Positions 33,291-44,559 of a stretch of 64,000 nucleotides of DNA are shown piece after piece; position 1 is the first letter of the stretch, and every line of letters begins with the position of its first letter. A program made the position numbers and the translations under genes. The notes below the pieces were generated by a model that was not told the DNA's origin, did not search any database, and saw only the letters and a program-made list of their open reading frames with translations. This DNA comes from Oopsacas minuta. Its lineage: Eukaryota; Animalia; Porifera. Location: the NCBI GenBank assembly GCA_024704765.1, contig JAKMXF010000302.1:62001-126000 (forward strand), in the 5' to 3' direction.

Positions 33291-34898
33291 CTATAACTGA
33301 TGAAGCGGTGATATTTCTAATATTCTGAAGCATATTTCCATGACTCGTTTCAGAGAGGAGATTAATTGTATTCTAGCGAATACTTTAGGGTGGAGGTGAG
33401 CTCCTGACTGCGTTAGTATCTTAGTTTTGCTGTAATAAGTAGAGAAATGTTGTGTGAGGGATACCAAGAAGTTACAGATATTTGAGATAGAATTATGCTG
33501 GAGTATATTGGAGCTCTCTTTTAGCAAATCTGGAAAAAGTAGAATATATTTTACAAATATAGACCATTCATTAGGTAGTTCTAAGAGGTTGAAATCTGGA
33601 TGTGAAACCTGAGGGAGAGCACCGTATACACCTTCTTCTCTTAGCTGTTGGAACCTGTATAGTATTTGAGTCATCCTCGCATAATTATATAACACAAACA
33701 TGCTAAAATGAGTTCCTATCTTGTCATTAGAGACTAGTTTAATTTCATGTTTAACTGTTTGAGAGAGGAGGTCTAGCTTAGTCGTGGATTCACACAATTT
33801 CCTAGCTTTTTCCACCAGACTAGTGTTATCCGCTGAATACTCTCCCTCAACACGTTCTAGCAATGTCTTGTGTAAGTAATCTCTTCTCGATTCCATAAGA
33901 GCTGTATATTCTGAGTGAGTACTAAGTGTATCAGAATGTGTTATGATATCAACCGAGCTATTAATGAGTTCTAGACTATAGAGAATATGGAGGGATTTTA
34001 ACACTAAGTCCCTCAACTTATGACTGAAGTAGAGCACTATCCTAACTGTATCCTGTAGTTCAGTAGCCTTAAACATCAATAGGATTATACTAGCGAGCAT
34101 AATCTTCAGAGAATATCTCCCATAACGATCTCTTAATTGGATTTGATATTGATTTTGCGTTTGATAGCTCTTACTTGTATATTTTAATTTCGCATGTAAG
34201 CTTTGTACAACTATTTTAGATTCTCCTTCCAGTAGTGATCCCGTATCTTGACACCTTTTATAAATATGTTCCGCTTGTCTCCTTACCCTTTTCAGGTCTA
34301 ATCTATACTCACAGCTGTCTAAGAATACAGCAGAGTTACCAGTTAATCTCAAGAGATTCCTCATTGCTAAGCAGAATAAGTTGTTTCTATAACCATCTAG
34401 AGTACATGTATGTATTTCCTGACCCAGCTCTATACAACATATGTTAATAATTACAAAGTTATCCTGTGGTATAGAGGTTTTATCGTGATCTAGATATGTT
34501 AATTGTTTCATACACTCACTAACCAGTTCATTGATGTGCAGGTGAGCTGTAATAGCACACAGTTTCTTGTTATAAATAAGGTCAAAATGATGAATGTATT
34601 TTTGAGGCAACTTTTGATTAACAGTCTTGATCAACTCCTCGAGATATTTCTCACAAAAATTGAATACTTGATAATCTTTGGAGTTGTTATCTGGCGGAGG
34701 TAAGAGCTCTAACAACTTTTGTTCCAGATGTTTACGAATTTTCGGTATAAAAATGACAGCTCCCTTGTCGGAGGATGTCTTAACATATAACTGTTTATCC
34801 TCCTCCCTATCGAACCCCAATATATCCTGTATTATTGTTATTAATTCTGTTAGTATGAAGGGTGATTGCACTGGATCAGAATCCACTCTGCATGCCAT
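33291..34898 (-). CDS. DALRD3: DALR anticodon-binding domain-containing protein 3
   Basis: C-terminal DALR domain (FVLYNYARMTQIL, EWSIFVKYILLFPDLL, FSTYYSKTKIL, ARIQLI) with no synthetase catalytic HIGH motif. Confidence 0.8.
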   Translation of the reverse strand: MACRVDSDPVQSPFILTELITIIQDILGFDREEDKQLYVKTSSDKGAVIFIPKIRKHLEQKLLELLPPPDNNSKDYQVFNFCEKYLEELIKTVNQKLPQKYIHHFDLIYNKKLCAITAHLHINELVSECMKQLTYLDHDKTSIPQDNFVIINICCIELGQEIHTCTLDGYRNNLFCLAMRNLLRLTGNSAVFLDSCEYRLDLKRVRRQAEHIYKRCQDTGSLLEGESKIVVQSLHAKLKYTSKSYQTQNQYQIQLRDRYGRYSLKIMLASIILLMFKATELQDTVRIVLYFSHKLRDLVLKSLHILYSLELINSSVDIITHSDTLSTHSEYTALMESRRDYLHKTLLERVEGEYSADNTSLVEKARKLCESTTKLDLLSQTVKHEIKLVSNDKIGTHFSMFVLYNYARMTQILYRFQQLREEGVYGALPQVSHPDFNLLELPNEWSIFVKYILLFPDLLKESSNILQHNSISNICNFLVSLTQHFSTYYSKTKILTQSGAHLHPKVFARIQLISSLKRVMEICFRILEISPLHQL

Positions 34899-34938
34899 GC
34901 GTAAATACTGCTAATAAATGTAGAATAATTGAGGTATT

Positions 34939-35010
34939 ATGTCCTTGGCACATACGCTAGGGTATGTGCCAAGGACTAGTGCCCGGGAGTAGCGTATGTG
35001 CTAAGAACAT
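34939..35010. repeat. Triple-arm inverted repeat between DALRD3 and R3HDM starts
   Basis: Perfect 15-bp stem (34941-34955 with 34962-34976; 6-nt loop). A third arm (34990-35010) matches 34939-34959 at 19 of 21 positions. Confidence 0.9.
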
Positions 35011-35499
35011 TTCAAGATAAGGCTTATGCATACAGGGGTGAACTGATGCAGGTTCTCTGGTATTGTGTATGTATGTATGTATGTTTGACAACTGCTATGC
35101 TACTACTTTTAGCTATATTCAAACATTTCGTAGAGCTTCAATTTCATTTGCACTTTTCAGACTTTCCTATTGTTTGCCCTTGCCAAATATTAATCCCCAA
35201 ATCTAACTTGCCTATATCAAAAAGTATTTGATAAAAGAATCGATTCAAGTTATTACTGGTACTTGTTATAAGTATATTCTAGCCAGCACATAAATACATA
35301 GGATCATTCTAATATTGTGATAATTGAATCTATTCTATAGTGCTTGCTGTTGACCACAATATTTCTAACCAACCAAAGGCATTACCCAAACAGCACTGTG
35401 AACTTGAACTTTCAGTTTGTTCTGAACTAATCAACTTTGCACTTCCTGTCAAAATCAAGAACGTTTTGTCATATTACGCTGAAAATCAGCAAATACGAT

Positions 35500-38166
35500 A
35501 TGTCCAATATCAACATAGAGAATTGGACAACAAACGAATCTCGTAATATTTCTGCCCTCACAAAGAATAAATCAAATGCAATCAATAATTTGCCTCTACT
35601 ACAAACACATAACCCTTCATATTTACAGTCAAGAGATACTCCGAATTTATTAGAGCAGGTAGACTCATACGAAGATATTTGTGTGTATAATGGTTTAGAG
35701 ATAAGAAACTCTATACGCACAGAGGATATTGTGGATGATACTGACCCTACTGTCAATCTACACGACTTCTTCCTCCAGCAACTGCGAGAGAGCAAGGATC
35801 GTATGTATCTGTTACAGCTTGAAGATCAGTTCGTATCTCTTATCCAGGATACTCCTCACACTCTACATTATCAAAACGTCACTTCTTACCATAGAATGCT
35901 AATTCATAGAATGGCTACTTACTTCGGTTTACATCATACACTAGATGATGAGGGTACTGGGGTCAATGTAACGAAAATCGCGAAATCTCGCTTGCCAGAG
36001 ACACGGTTTGGTGATTTGATCCCTGCACCTCAAGAGGGGGAAATTTCTGAAAAAGAACCAGTTGTTATCTTGAGGAGGAAGTACCATACAGATCAGCTGA
36101 TACGTCCTAACCCCCAAATTATACGGCCTACTTCACCTCCTACTAGTGACTCAGAGTCTAAGTCCATTAAACAACGAGAGGAGACTTATGCTATGGTGAG
36201 AGCTAGAATATTTGAGGGAGAAGGACTAGATGGAGAATTCGATCCAAACCGACTTGAGGATAATCTTGTTCAAAATGAACTCTCTACCTTTATTCAAAAC
36301 TCCGATGATCCCTCTAAACTTCAGCCTCCTTTATCCCCAGTTCATGTCCATACTCGTACACCCTCCCCAACTATTGATAACTCTCTGAGAAGCAAGGAGG
36401 AGACTGAGTGTATCCATAGTTCAAATAATAATAATAAAACACACTCTAATAACAACACACGACGTAGATACGAGAACAGACACAATCGTAGTAAGAACTC
36501 ATATCCAAACCAACAACCTTCTCATCCAGGTTCTAACTTTTCTTCACACTTGTTTGTCCCTTCAGTACCATATGTCCAAGTGGGGTCCTATTACACTCCC
36601 CAAAACGAGAGTAACATGTCTGTATACGCATTCTCCCGTCAGCCCCCTCCCCCCTCCACCCACAGCAGTCTACCTGCTACCTATCCTCTACATCCTAACA
36701 TATCCCTCCTCCCTACTCACACTAGCATTCCTCTAAATAGTCAGCACTTCATGCCTCAGACACAACATCCTGATACCACTCCTTATATCCCTAGTCCACA
36801 CATCTCTAATCCCCCTCCACAGTCTACACTACAATTACCTACTGTCAATCAATCCTCCACACACAATACCTCTTTCTCTCAATACCCCACTAGCTTCCCT
36901 ATGGTAGGACTACAACCTGCAAACAGCTCAATGCTACAGAGATCTGGTAATCCTGTATACCAGCCTATTCAATCTGCTTCTGAAGTAATGAACTATCCTT
37001 CCTACGAGTCCTCTAAAGAGGATGCATACATGTTCATGCAGAACTTCCCCCAGATGGGATCTCATGGTTACTCAGGGATCCAATGGGAACCTGGCGTCAT
37101 GAAGCTGAAGCACCAACCCAACCCCCAACCTTCCCAACAACCAATCCCTCACTCCATTCAGCAGCTAGCCAGCAGTTTAGAAATGATGGGTATACAGTCA
37201 GGTGAGGAACAAATGTATCTACAGTCTAATGCTAAACATGTACCTCCTACAGCTGATATGTACCCTAGTTATCCTCCTTACCCCACACCTCAATTGGCTC
37301 CTAGCACAGGGGTGCACGGTCAGGCTATGTATATGCAAAATAACGTAGCTCTTCTCCCATACCAACACTACCAGAATCAAGATACCTCACTGTCTCATCC
37401 AACTATGCCATTAACTAATTCAAGATTTGTCCTTACTCATCCTACATCTGCTACAGCTAGCATGCCTCTCTCCGAGACAGGATATCCCATACTAACTCCC
37501 ACACACCCTGTACGTAATATTATAGCTAATATAAGTCCTAATGGCTCTCTCACCAATGGGCAGCACCAGTACATTACCTCAGGTCAGATGAACACACAAC
37601 TACTACAACAAAACTTGTTGCCTAACCAAGTTACTGTTAGTAGTCAGAATCTGCAAGAATTTCAGATGAATAGCCCCAGTTTTAAGAAACATCCAAAGTC
37701 CACAGACCTGTCTTTCAATCATGATAACACTCGATCCAAATCGAACCGCAGTGATAAATCACGTCACAGAGCTCATCAGAGCAATCAACAAATGCAACAC
37801 AAACCCAGTGGAAGTATCTACATTCCTCCTCGTACTGGTCTTGAGAACCATATACCTGATACAGACGGTTTGCTTCCGACTCCAGCACATATGAGAATCT
37901 TGGAGATATTCGAATTAAGAGTTTCCTTTGAAGAAGCTGAGAGGTGTATACGAGGAATTGCTCATGTCCATGTTGACTTCCACTTTATAAAGCTACCTAA
38001 TAGCAACCAACAAGTGCTCTTAGCAATTTTTGAATCTGACCAATTGACTGATATTCTAAACAAAATTAATTCTAACCCTGCAACGAAATTCAAAACTAGA
38101 TATCCTGACCAATACTTGGTAAAATATCTATCTTCAACAATTCTGCAACAAACAGCTTCTAACTAG
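35500..38166 (+). CDS. R3H-SUZ domain RNA-binding protein (R3HDM1/2, ARPP21, encore family)
   Basis: R3H motif DRMYLLQLE...SYHRMLIHRMATYFGL, SUZ motif KSIKQREETYAMVRARIF, and a long P/Q/S low-complexity region. The track start 35437 is TTG. Confidence 0.88.
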   Translation: MSNINIENWTTNESRNISALTKNKSNAINNLPLLQTHNPSYLQSRDTPNLLEQVDSYEDICVYNGLEIRNSIRTEDIVDDTDPTVNLHDFFLQQLRESKDRMYLLQLEDQFVSLIQDTPHTLHYQNVTSYHRMLIHRMATYFGLHHTLDDEGTGVNVTKIAKSRLPETRFGDLIPAPQEGEISEKEPVVILRRKYHTDQLIRPNPQIIRPTSPPTSDSESKSIKQREETYAMVRARIFEGEGLDGEFDPNRLEDNLVQNELSTFIQNSDDPSKLQPPLSPVHVHTRTPSPTIDNSLRSKEETECIHSSNNNNKTHSNNNTRRRYENRHNRSKNSYPNQQPSHPGSNFSSHLFVPSVPYVQVGSYYTPQNESNMSVYAFSRQPPPPSTHSSLPATYPLHPNISLLPTHTSIPLNSQHFMPQTQHPDTTPYIPSPHISNPPPQSTLQLPTVNQSSTHNTSFSQYPTSFPMVGLQPANSSMLQRSGNPVYQPIQSASEVMNYPSYESSKEDAYMFMQNFPQMGSHGYSGIQWEPGVMKLKHQPNPQPSQQPIPHSIQQLASSLEMMGIQSGEEQMYLQSNAKHVPPTADMYPSYPPYPTPQLAPSTGVHGQAMYMQNNVALLPYQHYQNQDTSLSHPTMPLTNSRFVLTHPTSATASMPLSETGYPILTPTHPVRNIIANISPNGSLTNGQHQYITSGQMNTQLLQQNLLPNQVTVSSQNLQEFQMNSPSFKKHPKSTDLSFNHDNTRSKSNRSDKSRHRAHQSNQQMQHKPSGSIYIPPRTGLENHIPDTDGLLPTPAHMRILEIFELRVSFEEAERCIRGIAHVHVDFHFIKLPNSNQQVLLAIFESDQLTDILNKINSNPATKFKTRYPDQYLVKYLSSTILQQTASN

Positions 38167-38843
38167 TAAATTTTTTATTGTCATGGATTATTTTGTTGTA
38201 ATTTTCTGTAATTATGGAAAGATCATGTATAAATAGTGGAAGTTTAGATAATTTGGCTACAGATGCGTTTAGACCTCCACATTGACATGAATCAATAAAT
38301 ACCCGAATTTTAAATATCATTTGCTTCTATAACAATCATTTATAATCAATTACAAATACATAGCTGAATTTTTATACCCGCCCATGTTTTTGAGAATACG
38401 TTTAAATTGGCCATTTAGACACACTCCCAGCAATTTCCATATATGGTTATTTATGCATTGAATTGATCTACGTATAATACTTAGTTCACCTCATTTAGTA
38501 ATATCTAATAGGTATTTGTAATGTGTATATTACCCATTTAGAGATTGTGTTCATTGAAAAAGTAATCTTAAGCATTTATGTTGTATCTGTTGCTTTATAC
38601 ATCACTCAATTGAAACAATTATCCATCTGTGAACCATATCATACCAAAAATATTACAAATAGCATACAGAGTAATACTATTGTTACTTGTATATGAGTGA
38701 TTACCATATTTTGTAATCAACCTGGCCATTTATCCAATGCTCTCGCAAATAGGCATTGACTAGCTAAGTAAGAGAGCTATAGAATCGAATACCAGATCAT
38801 AATTACGATATAATTAACTTATATAATAATTGTTAGATTTACA

Positions 38844-40421
38844 ATGTCTGATTTATCTGGAGAGGATCTATTCGGTGAACCAGACGTAAAAGAGAAAGCA
38901 CCTGCTATCCCTGATCCCTCTCCTACCTCACCCCCCTCTGAACCTGATCCCAATCCTATAACTGACCAGCAGGAACCTGCTGTTACGGATCCTCTAGCCC
39001 AGTCTGATGATAAAGCTACGCCTGAAACTGAAAGTATAGAACCTGACATTACCCAAACTAATGATGAACCTGTATTAGAGGAAGATTTTGTTCCTTCGAA
39101 ACCTTCCCCCTCTCCCCCTAAAGAACCAGTCAGCCCCGGAGAGTACACAGAGGTGAAAAGTAAGATCCCAGAAGTGACAGAACCTAAATCAAATTCTCAG
39201 GAACCCAAGGGAATTCTGACCCTACTTGATATAAAGATAGCTGAGTTTGAAAAGCGGAAAGATTTCGTTGCATTCAAAGTAACCTCCAGAGCCCGTCTGA
39301 ACCCTGGCATGACCTTACCTGGAGAGACACAGATAGAACATCAAGGAAATGATATATTGATAACTATCATGAGACGTTATTCAGATTTTGAGTTGCTTCG
39401 TAACTTCCTGAACGTGAAGTATCCCTCCTATGTAATACCTCCTCTACCTGACAAGGCTTCTACCAACTATATTATGAATAAAGTATTCTCTTCTGACAAT
39501 TCTGAATTTCTATCTCAAAGACTTTCCTTCCTAGAGATATTCCTCACACGCATACACAGACTGACAAAACTCTCTAAAGATATTTGGTTTGAACGTTTTC
39601 TCTTTGTAGAGAAATGGAAAGATGATGTACAGCCCGAGTTTCTTACAGCAACCAATCTTGCGAAAGCTTACAGCTCCTCCATATTCTCGCGAGGCCCGAA
39701 TTCTCCTAACCCAGAGATGGCTGAGATATCTACCTTTGCTACCAAAACTCAAGAATTCCTTTCTGCTCTATTGAAGTCTTACGACAAGCTAAAGTCTACT
39801 CGTCAGAGCATGTTCCATAGCACAAGTGATTTCGGTATAACTCTACAGAACTGGTCAGATGTAGATTCTTCTCAGAGTGAAATGTTCCAATACTCTTCTG
39901 GGGTTATTGAGACTTTCCAGGATGCGTTGGCTAAAGTTGAAGAGGACGAGGAGTACAAACTGGTAGGACCTTCTAGAGAATACATAGCATACTCAGAAGC
40001 TGTCAAATCAGCTGTCAAACGTCAATACTCTATGACAGCTGCCTCTGAGAAAGCAGCTGATAATCATAAGAGCAAGACACTCGCGAAGGATAAGGCAGAC
40101 AGACAGCTGGAAGAAGCTAAAACTGCTAACAAGAATGTCCCAAAAGCAGAGGAAAGACAGAAGATAGCTGTAACTCAGATGGAAGAAGCAAAGCAAGACA
40201 TGGATATCAGAGAGAAAGCTGTGAAAGAATTCACTGATGAATTCCTATTGAATTACAAGAATTATCAAGCTCAGAGGAAAGTAGACTTCAAGGCCATCTT
40301 CCTAAACTTCAGTCGCTCTCAGTTCCTCCTGAACAACTCTCTTCGCGAGTCATGGGAGAAAGCCCATAAGAACTTCAAGACTGAGGTCGGGATGTCTTCC
40401 CATCGCACGAGCAGCCCATAG
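38844..40421 (+). CDS. PX-BAR sorting nexin (SNX4/7/30 group)
   Basis: PX motif RRYSDFELLRNFL...PPLPDK...FLSQRLSFLEIFL followed by a helical BAR region. Confidence 0.85.
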   Translation: MSDLSGEDLFGEPDVKEKAPAIPDPSPTSPPSEPDPNPITDQQEPAVTDPLAQSDDKATPETESIEPDITQTNDEPVLEEDFVPSKPSPSPPKEPVSPGEYTEVKSKIPEVTEPKSNSQEPKGILTLLDIKIAEFEKRKDFVAFKVTSRARLNPGMTLPGETQIEHQGNDILITIMRRYSDFELLRNFLNVKYPSYVIPPLPDKASTNYIMNKVFSSDNSEFLSQRLSFLEIFLTRIHRLTKLSKDIWFERFLFVEKWKDDVQPEFLTATNLAKAYSSSIFSRGPNSPNPEMAEISTFATKTQEFLSALLKSYDKLKSTRQSMFHSTSDFGITLQNWSDVDSSQSEMFQYSSGVIETFQDALAKVEEDEEYKLVGPSREYIAYSEAVKSAVKRQYSMTAASEKAADNHKSKTLAKDKADRQLEEAKTANKNVPKAEERQKIAVTQMEEAKQDMDIREKAVKEFTDEFLLNYKNYQAQRKVDFKAIFLNFSRSQFLLNNSLRESWEKAHKNFKTEVGMSSHRTSSP

Positions 40422-40725
40422 GTTGGGAGGACCCTCTATTATATTATTATTATTATATTCATTCTAGGCTGCTCTACGTAGTTTGTATAATTAGATATTT
40501 TTATGTGACATACATGTTCCATCCCTCTTAGGTTAGATCAGCTCAGACAGTGCTATAGGTTTTGAATTGTATTAGTAGATTGTCCTGCTCAATCTACTTG
40601 AATTGGATTGTCGTTATTATTAGTTGTACAATTATCAGTTTGAGATTACTATTTATGTAGTTATAAGATAATAATGAGTTGTTGTATACGTATGTTAATC
40701 AATTGACTTTTGAGATATCGGTTGG

Positions 40726-42504
40726 ATGTCTGGCACACCAGATCCCAAACGTGGTCGTTATAGCCATAGCCCTACAGATGATCTGTTCACCGACGATTCT
40801 GTTACTGAGGCTTTGAATTGGGATCAGTCTCAAAGATTTATACCTGCTTCCGCTTCTCCTCCCCTGACCACCTCCCCCTTATGTGTTAGCTGCAGCTCAG
40901 TTGTGTGTCCCCCCTGTACTCATAAAATACGTGATCTCAAAAACACAGAGACACGCCTCCAGTCGCAGAGCCCGCATGTGGATAAAGATCTCCTGCAATC
41001 AATTCCCAAACCGATACAGCGTCCTCACAGGACACCAGCAGATAAGCCAGAACGTGTACAACATTTTAGATTGCCATTACTTAGTGATGATATGGACCAT
41101 CAAGTAAATGCTGCTATAGTTGAGGACATATTTATAGATAATGTGTATGCAACCCGATCACATGTTAATGTATACCATAAGGTAGATACACTGAGTGAAA
41201 GATTTACATATCAATCTATCCTCTCTCACTCAGAAAGTGAGATCAAACAACTAACTTTAGACCTCAACAAGTTACCTAAGTTTACCAAACTTGCGATTTT
41301 AGGTCCTCTTTTCCAACAATGTACTGCAAAGCTTAATTCTATAATAGAAAAGAGTCAGGTAGAAGGATACAGTCATGTCCCAGAACAAATCCCAACCTGT
41401 ACACAGCTCAGTACAGTTGGTAGTTATGGATTACGAACACTGCTAGATTCCTGTGACAATCATCCTAACTACCTATTTACACCGAAGATATGTAATCAGG
41501 TCTTGACCATTATATCTTGTATTTCTCATATTCTCCTATCTATCCCTGAAGTGAGGGAATTAGTCTTTTTAGATGAAAATACTGAAATAAGTTCCCCACC
41601 CCCTTCTAGAGAGGAGTTGATATTATCTCTAGCACCACCGCCAGCAGTTAGCCGAGTTACCTCTGCTTATGATGGAATAAGATACACTACAAAGCCAAAA
41701 TATCCTAAAAAGACTCTCTATAACCGTAGCGATACTATAGACAAGTTATCATTATTTGATAAGTGTACAACTAAAGATCACGAATCATACAGCTACAGCT
41801 CCATTGTCCGTGACCTTGTTAACCAGATCAGCATCATCCTTACACACCCACAAATGAATCTTAAAATTATCATATCCTGTCTTAATATGTTCTCAAAACT
41901 TAATGTGTATAACCCTGGCAACGGCCCGGAATGTGTGAAGAACCTCCTAAGAGATGGCCATCTTAATGTCATATTTGATTTAGACACCCACGATCACAGT
42001 GTACCTAGCGCTGTAATGAGATTATATACAACTATACCACTAACACCCTACTTCACCCCCTGTTTCAATTTGGAATTATTCAAAAGATTTATCAGCTTTA
42101 TCCGAGCATACCAGAAGCCTGTTATGAGTATCCTTCAATTGAAATCTAGACTACTCTCCCTACTCACTAACACTATACAGATGCACCCGCTTCCATTCAG
42201 CAATTGTCATTTATTTCTCATTTCCGATTTGACTCAGAATATTTTGAGTTCATATTCATTCCATAACAAGTATAAAACCTTGATTGCATTCCGGGACCTC
42301 TTGTTAACAATTCAGTTAGCCGGTTCCTTTCTCCTCCGAGATCATCCGGATAAATTACAATGTAAGAATGACAAACAAGAACAAGATAAACTATTCTTTC
42401 AAAAGGTTGACGAGAGCCAAGTTTTCGCGAGTATAATTGCAACATTTGAGCTTCTTGAAAATGATAATTTACAAACTCACAAGAACGTCATACTATGTAG
42501 CTAG
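40726..42504 (+). CDS. Hypothetical protein, 592 aa, with a helical-repeat-like C-terminal half
   Basis: Long intact ATG-initiated ORF with coding-like composition; no family recognised. Confidence 0.65.
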   Translation: MSGTPDPKRGRYSHSPTDDLFTDDSVTEALNWDQSQRFIPASASPPLTTSPLCVSCSSVVCPPCTHKIRDLKNTETRLQSQSPHVDKDLLQSIPKPIQRPHRTPADKPERVQHFRLPLLSDDMDHQVNAAIVEDIFIDNVYATRSHVNVYHKVDTLSERFTYQSILSHSESEIKQLTLDLNKLPKFTKLAILGPLFQQCTAKLNSIIEKSQVEGYSHVPEQIPTCTQLSTVGSYGLRTLLDSCDNHPNYLFTPKICNQVLTIISCISHILLSIPEVRELVFLDENTEISSPPPSREELILSLAPPPAVSRVTSAYDGIRYTTKPKYPKKTLYNRSDTIDKLSLFDKCTTKDHESYSYSSIVRDLVNQISIILTHPQMNLKIIISCLNMFSKLNVYNPGNGPECVKNLLRDGHLNVIFDLDTHDHSVPSAVMRLYTTIPLTPYFTPCFNLELFKRFISFIRAYQKPVMSILQLKSRLLSLLTNTIQMHPLPFSNCHLFLISDLTQNILSSYSFHNKYKTLIAFRDLLLTIQLAGSFLLRDHPDKLQCKNDKQEQDKLFFQKVDESQVFASIIATFELLENDNLQTHKNVILCS

Positions 42505-43252
42505 AATCAGATCCGTATACAACAATATTGTAAAATCACTGATCCTACTTTAGAGCTAATTAGAAGTTTTATTTGTTTTTCATTCGAGTTTTAAGTCACC
42601 AAATTATATATCAATAACTAGTCCTTGAATTCTTGACTATCTAATGTCATATTGTAAACTAAAGCTATAAAGCCCAACAAAGCGTTTGTGGCTGCAAACG
42701 AGTTCAGTTGAATAAAGTTCGATAACAATTGAATAATTATGTACAAAGTTCATTACGATAATAATTATATGATTATGTCCGTCTCAACTCCTACACACAA
42801 ATGATATTGCATTTCTCACTCAAACGTAGCCACTGCTAATTATTCATTTGTTTATTCCACTCCTATCCACTTGCATATTCATATCGTGGTGGAATACTTG
42901 TTTATACGTACTTGTACTGCCATATATTCTCCAGCTGAACATTATTATACTCACAAATATTCTATACAGGATATTGCGTCTAGGCTAATTACTTCTGTGG
43001 TTTGGTATATGATTAGAGAGCACTTCTTGGGTCGTAAACTATTCATATGATTATATCTGCTAACTGCTTGATTATCCTCAATTTTATTATAAAATGATAG
43101 GTAACACGTTTGCACTCACTTATGAACAGAATATAATCTGGAATCTGGAGCCAAGCGGCAAAGGACACTTCAAAGTTTTAGCAATTTATATAATTATCTC
43201 ATACACCGCGCAACTACATTGAGCCGATCCTTGTTATTTTCGTTTAGAAATA

Positions 43253-44470
43253 ATGTCTCAACAAGACTCGTCAATTTTGAATTCTAGTCCCAACCATGAT
43301 GTTGGAGACTCTCAGCACTCAGTGCTGTACGTAGGTAACCTCCCCTTCTCAATCAATGAGGCTATCATTATGGATCTGTTCAGGCGTTATGGTGCCATTC
43401 GTAAATGTAAACTGCTGCAAGATGCGAATGGACGTGGAGACCCCTACTGCTTTATAGATTTTAATCAGCGTTGTGATGCACAGAAAGCTATTATAGCTAT
43501 GAATAATCGTGTCATGGAGGAGAAGACCATCCGGGTGAATTGGGCTACCAGTGCTACTGGGGGAAAGAAAGTAGACACTAGCCAGCACTTTCATATTTTT
43601 GTGGGAGATCTGTCGCAAGATCTGATGGAAGAAGACATCCGTACAGCTTTCAGGAAGTTTGGAAATATTTCAAACATAAAAGTTGTCTGTGATCCAGCTA
43701 CCGGGAACTCTAGAGGATTCGGTTTCATATCTTTCTATGAGAAAGACGATGCTGAGAATGCTATCAAACACATGCACGGACGTTCTCTAGGTGACAAGGC
43801 TATTCGCACTAACTGGGCAGTGAGGAAGGGACCCATAACAAAGGACTCTATGAATGGTAGGACTGTTTCTCACGAGGAGGTGTCTTGTCAGGCCTCTCCC
43901 AGCAATACTACGGTCTATGTAGGGAATCTAAACGGGATGATAGGGTCAGAAGAATCATTGAAGATGAATTTCTCTCATTACGGGAAGATACAAGAAGTTA
44001 GGACATTCGTTGAGAAAGGTTACGCTTTCATTCGTTTCAATACTCATCAGGAAGCTACCAATGCGATCGTATCTATGAACCTCGTAGATCTGGCTGGGTC
44101 TATTATCCGCTGTTCCTGGGGTAAAGAGACATCTGGCATCAATTCCAGCTTTGTGCCAAGCACTCCTACTCAACCCCCAGCGTATATGAATCCTCTCTCT
44201 TATCCTCAGCTCTACTTCTTCCCTCAGACCATGCCTGGTGCTAGCTTCATGTCTTCCAGTGCTACTAGTGCAATGCCTCAAGCTCATTCCTTCTATTTCC
44301 CCTCTCATTCTAACCCTACTAACCTTATACCAATGGCACCATCACACCAACAGTATCCCTTACAGCATCCTCTCCCGCCGCCCGCGCCCCACTTCGCCCA
44401 GATGCCCCAACTACCACACCCCACAGCACACGCACCTATGTACCCTCAGACCCCGCACCGGACCTTTTAG
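43253..44470 (+). CDS. TIA1: TIA1/TIAR RNA-binding protein
   Basis: Three RRMs (LYVGNL; HFHIFVGDLS...RTNWAVRK; TTVYVGNL...GYAFIRF) plus a Q/P-rich prion-like tail. Confidence 0.92.
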   Translation: MSQQDSSILNSSPNHDVGDSQHSVLYVGNLPFSINEAIIMDLFRRYGAIRKCKLLQDANGRGDPYCFIDFNQRCDAQKAIIAMNNRVMEEKTIRVNWATSATGGKKVDTSQHFHIFVGDLSQDLMEEDIRTAFRKFGNISNIKVVCDPATGNSRGFGFISFYEKDDAENAIKHMHGRSLGDKAIRTNWAVRKGPITKDSMNGRTVSHEEVSCQASPSNTTVYVGNLNGMIGSEESLKMNFSHYGKIQEVRTFVEKGYAFIRFNTHQEATNAIVSMNLVDLAGSIIRCSWGKETSGINSSFVPSTPTQPPAYMNPLSYPQLYFFPQTMPGASFMSSSATSAMPQAHSFYFPSHSNPTNLIPMAPSHQQYPLQHPLPPPAPHFAQMPQLPHPTAHAPMYPQTPHRTF

Positions 44471-44559
44471 CACCCTCTTATAGGGTGCGGGTCTTAGTGA
44501 GAGAGAAAGAGAGAGTAACAGTTTAGAGTAGCATCACTTCTACGCAAACTGACTCTCTC
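44470..44559 (+). other. Two adjacent stem-loops directly after the TIA1 stop codon
   Basis: GCACCCT/AGGGTGC (44470-76 with 44482-88). Nested stem GAGAGAGT/ACTCTCTC, CAGTTT/AAACTG and GTAG/CTAC (44509-44559). Confidence 0.55.

Noticed and set aside
44509-44559. SECIS element
   Set aside because: No AUGA/GA quartet or apical AA motif, and the upstream TIA1 CDS has no in-frame UGA.
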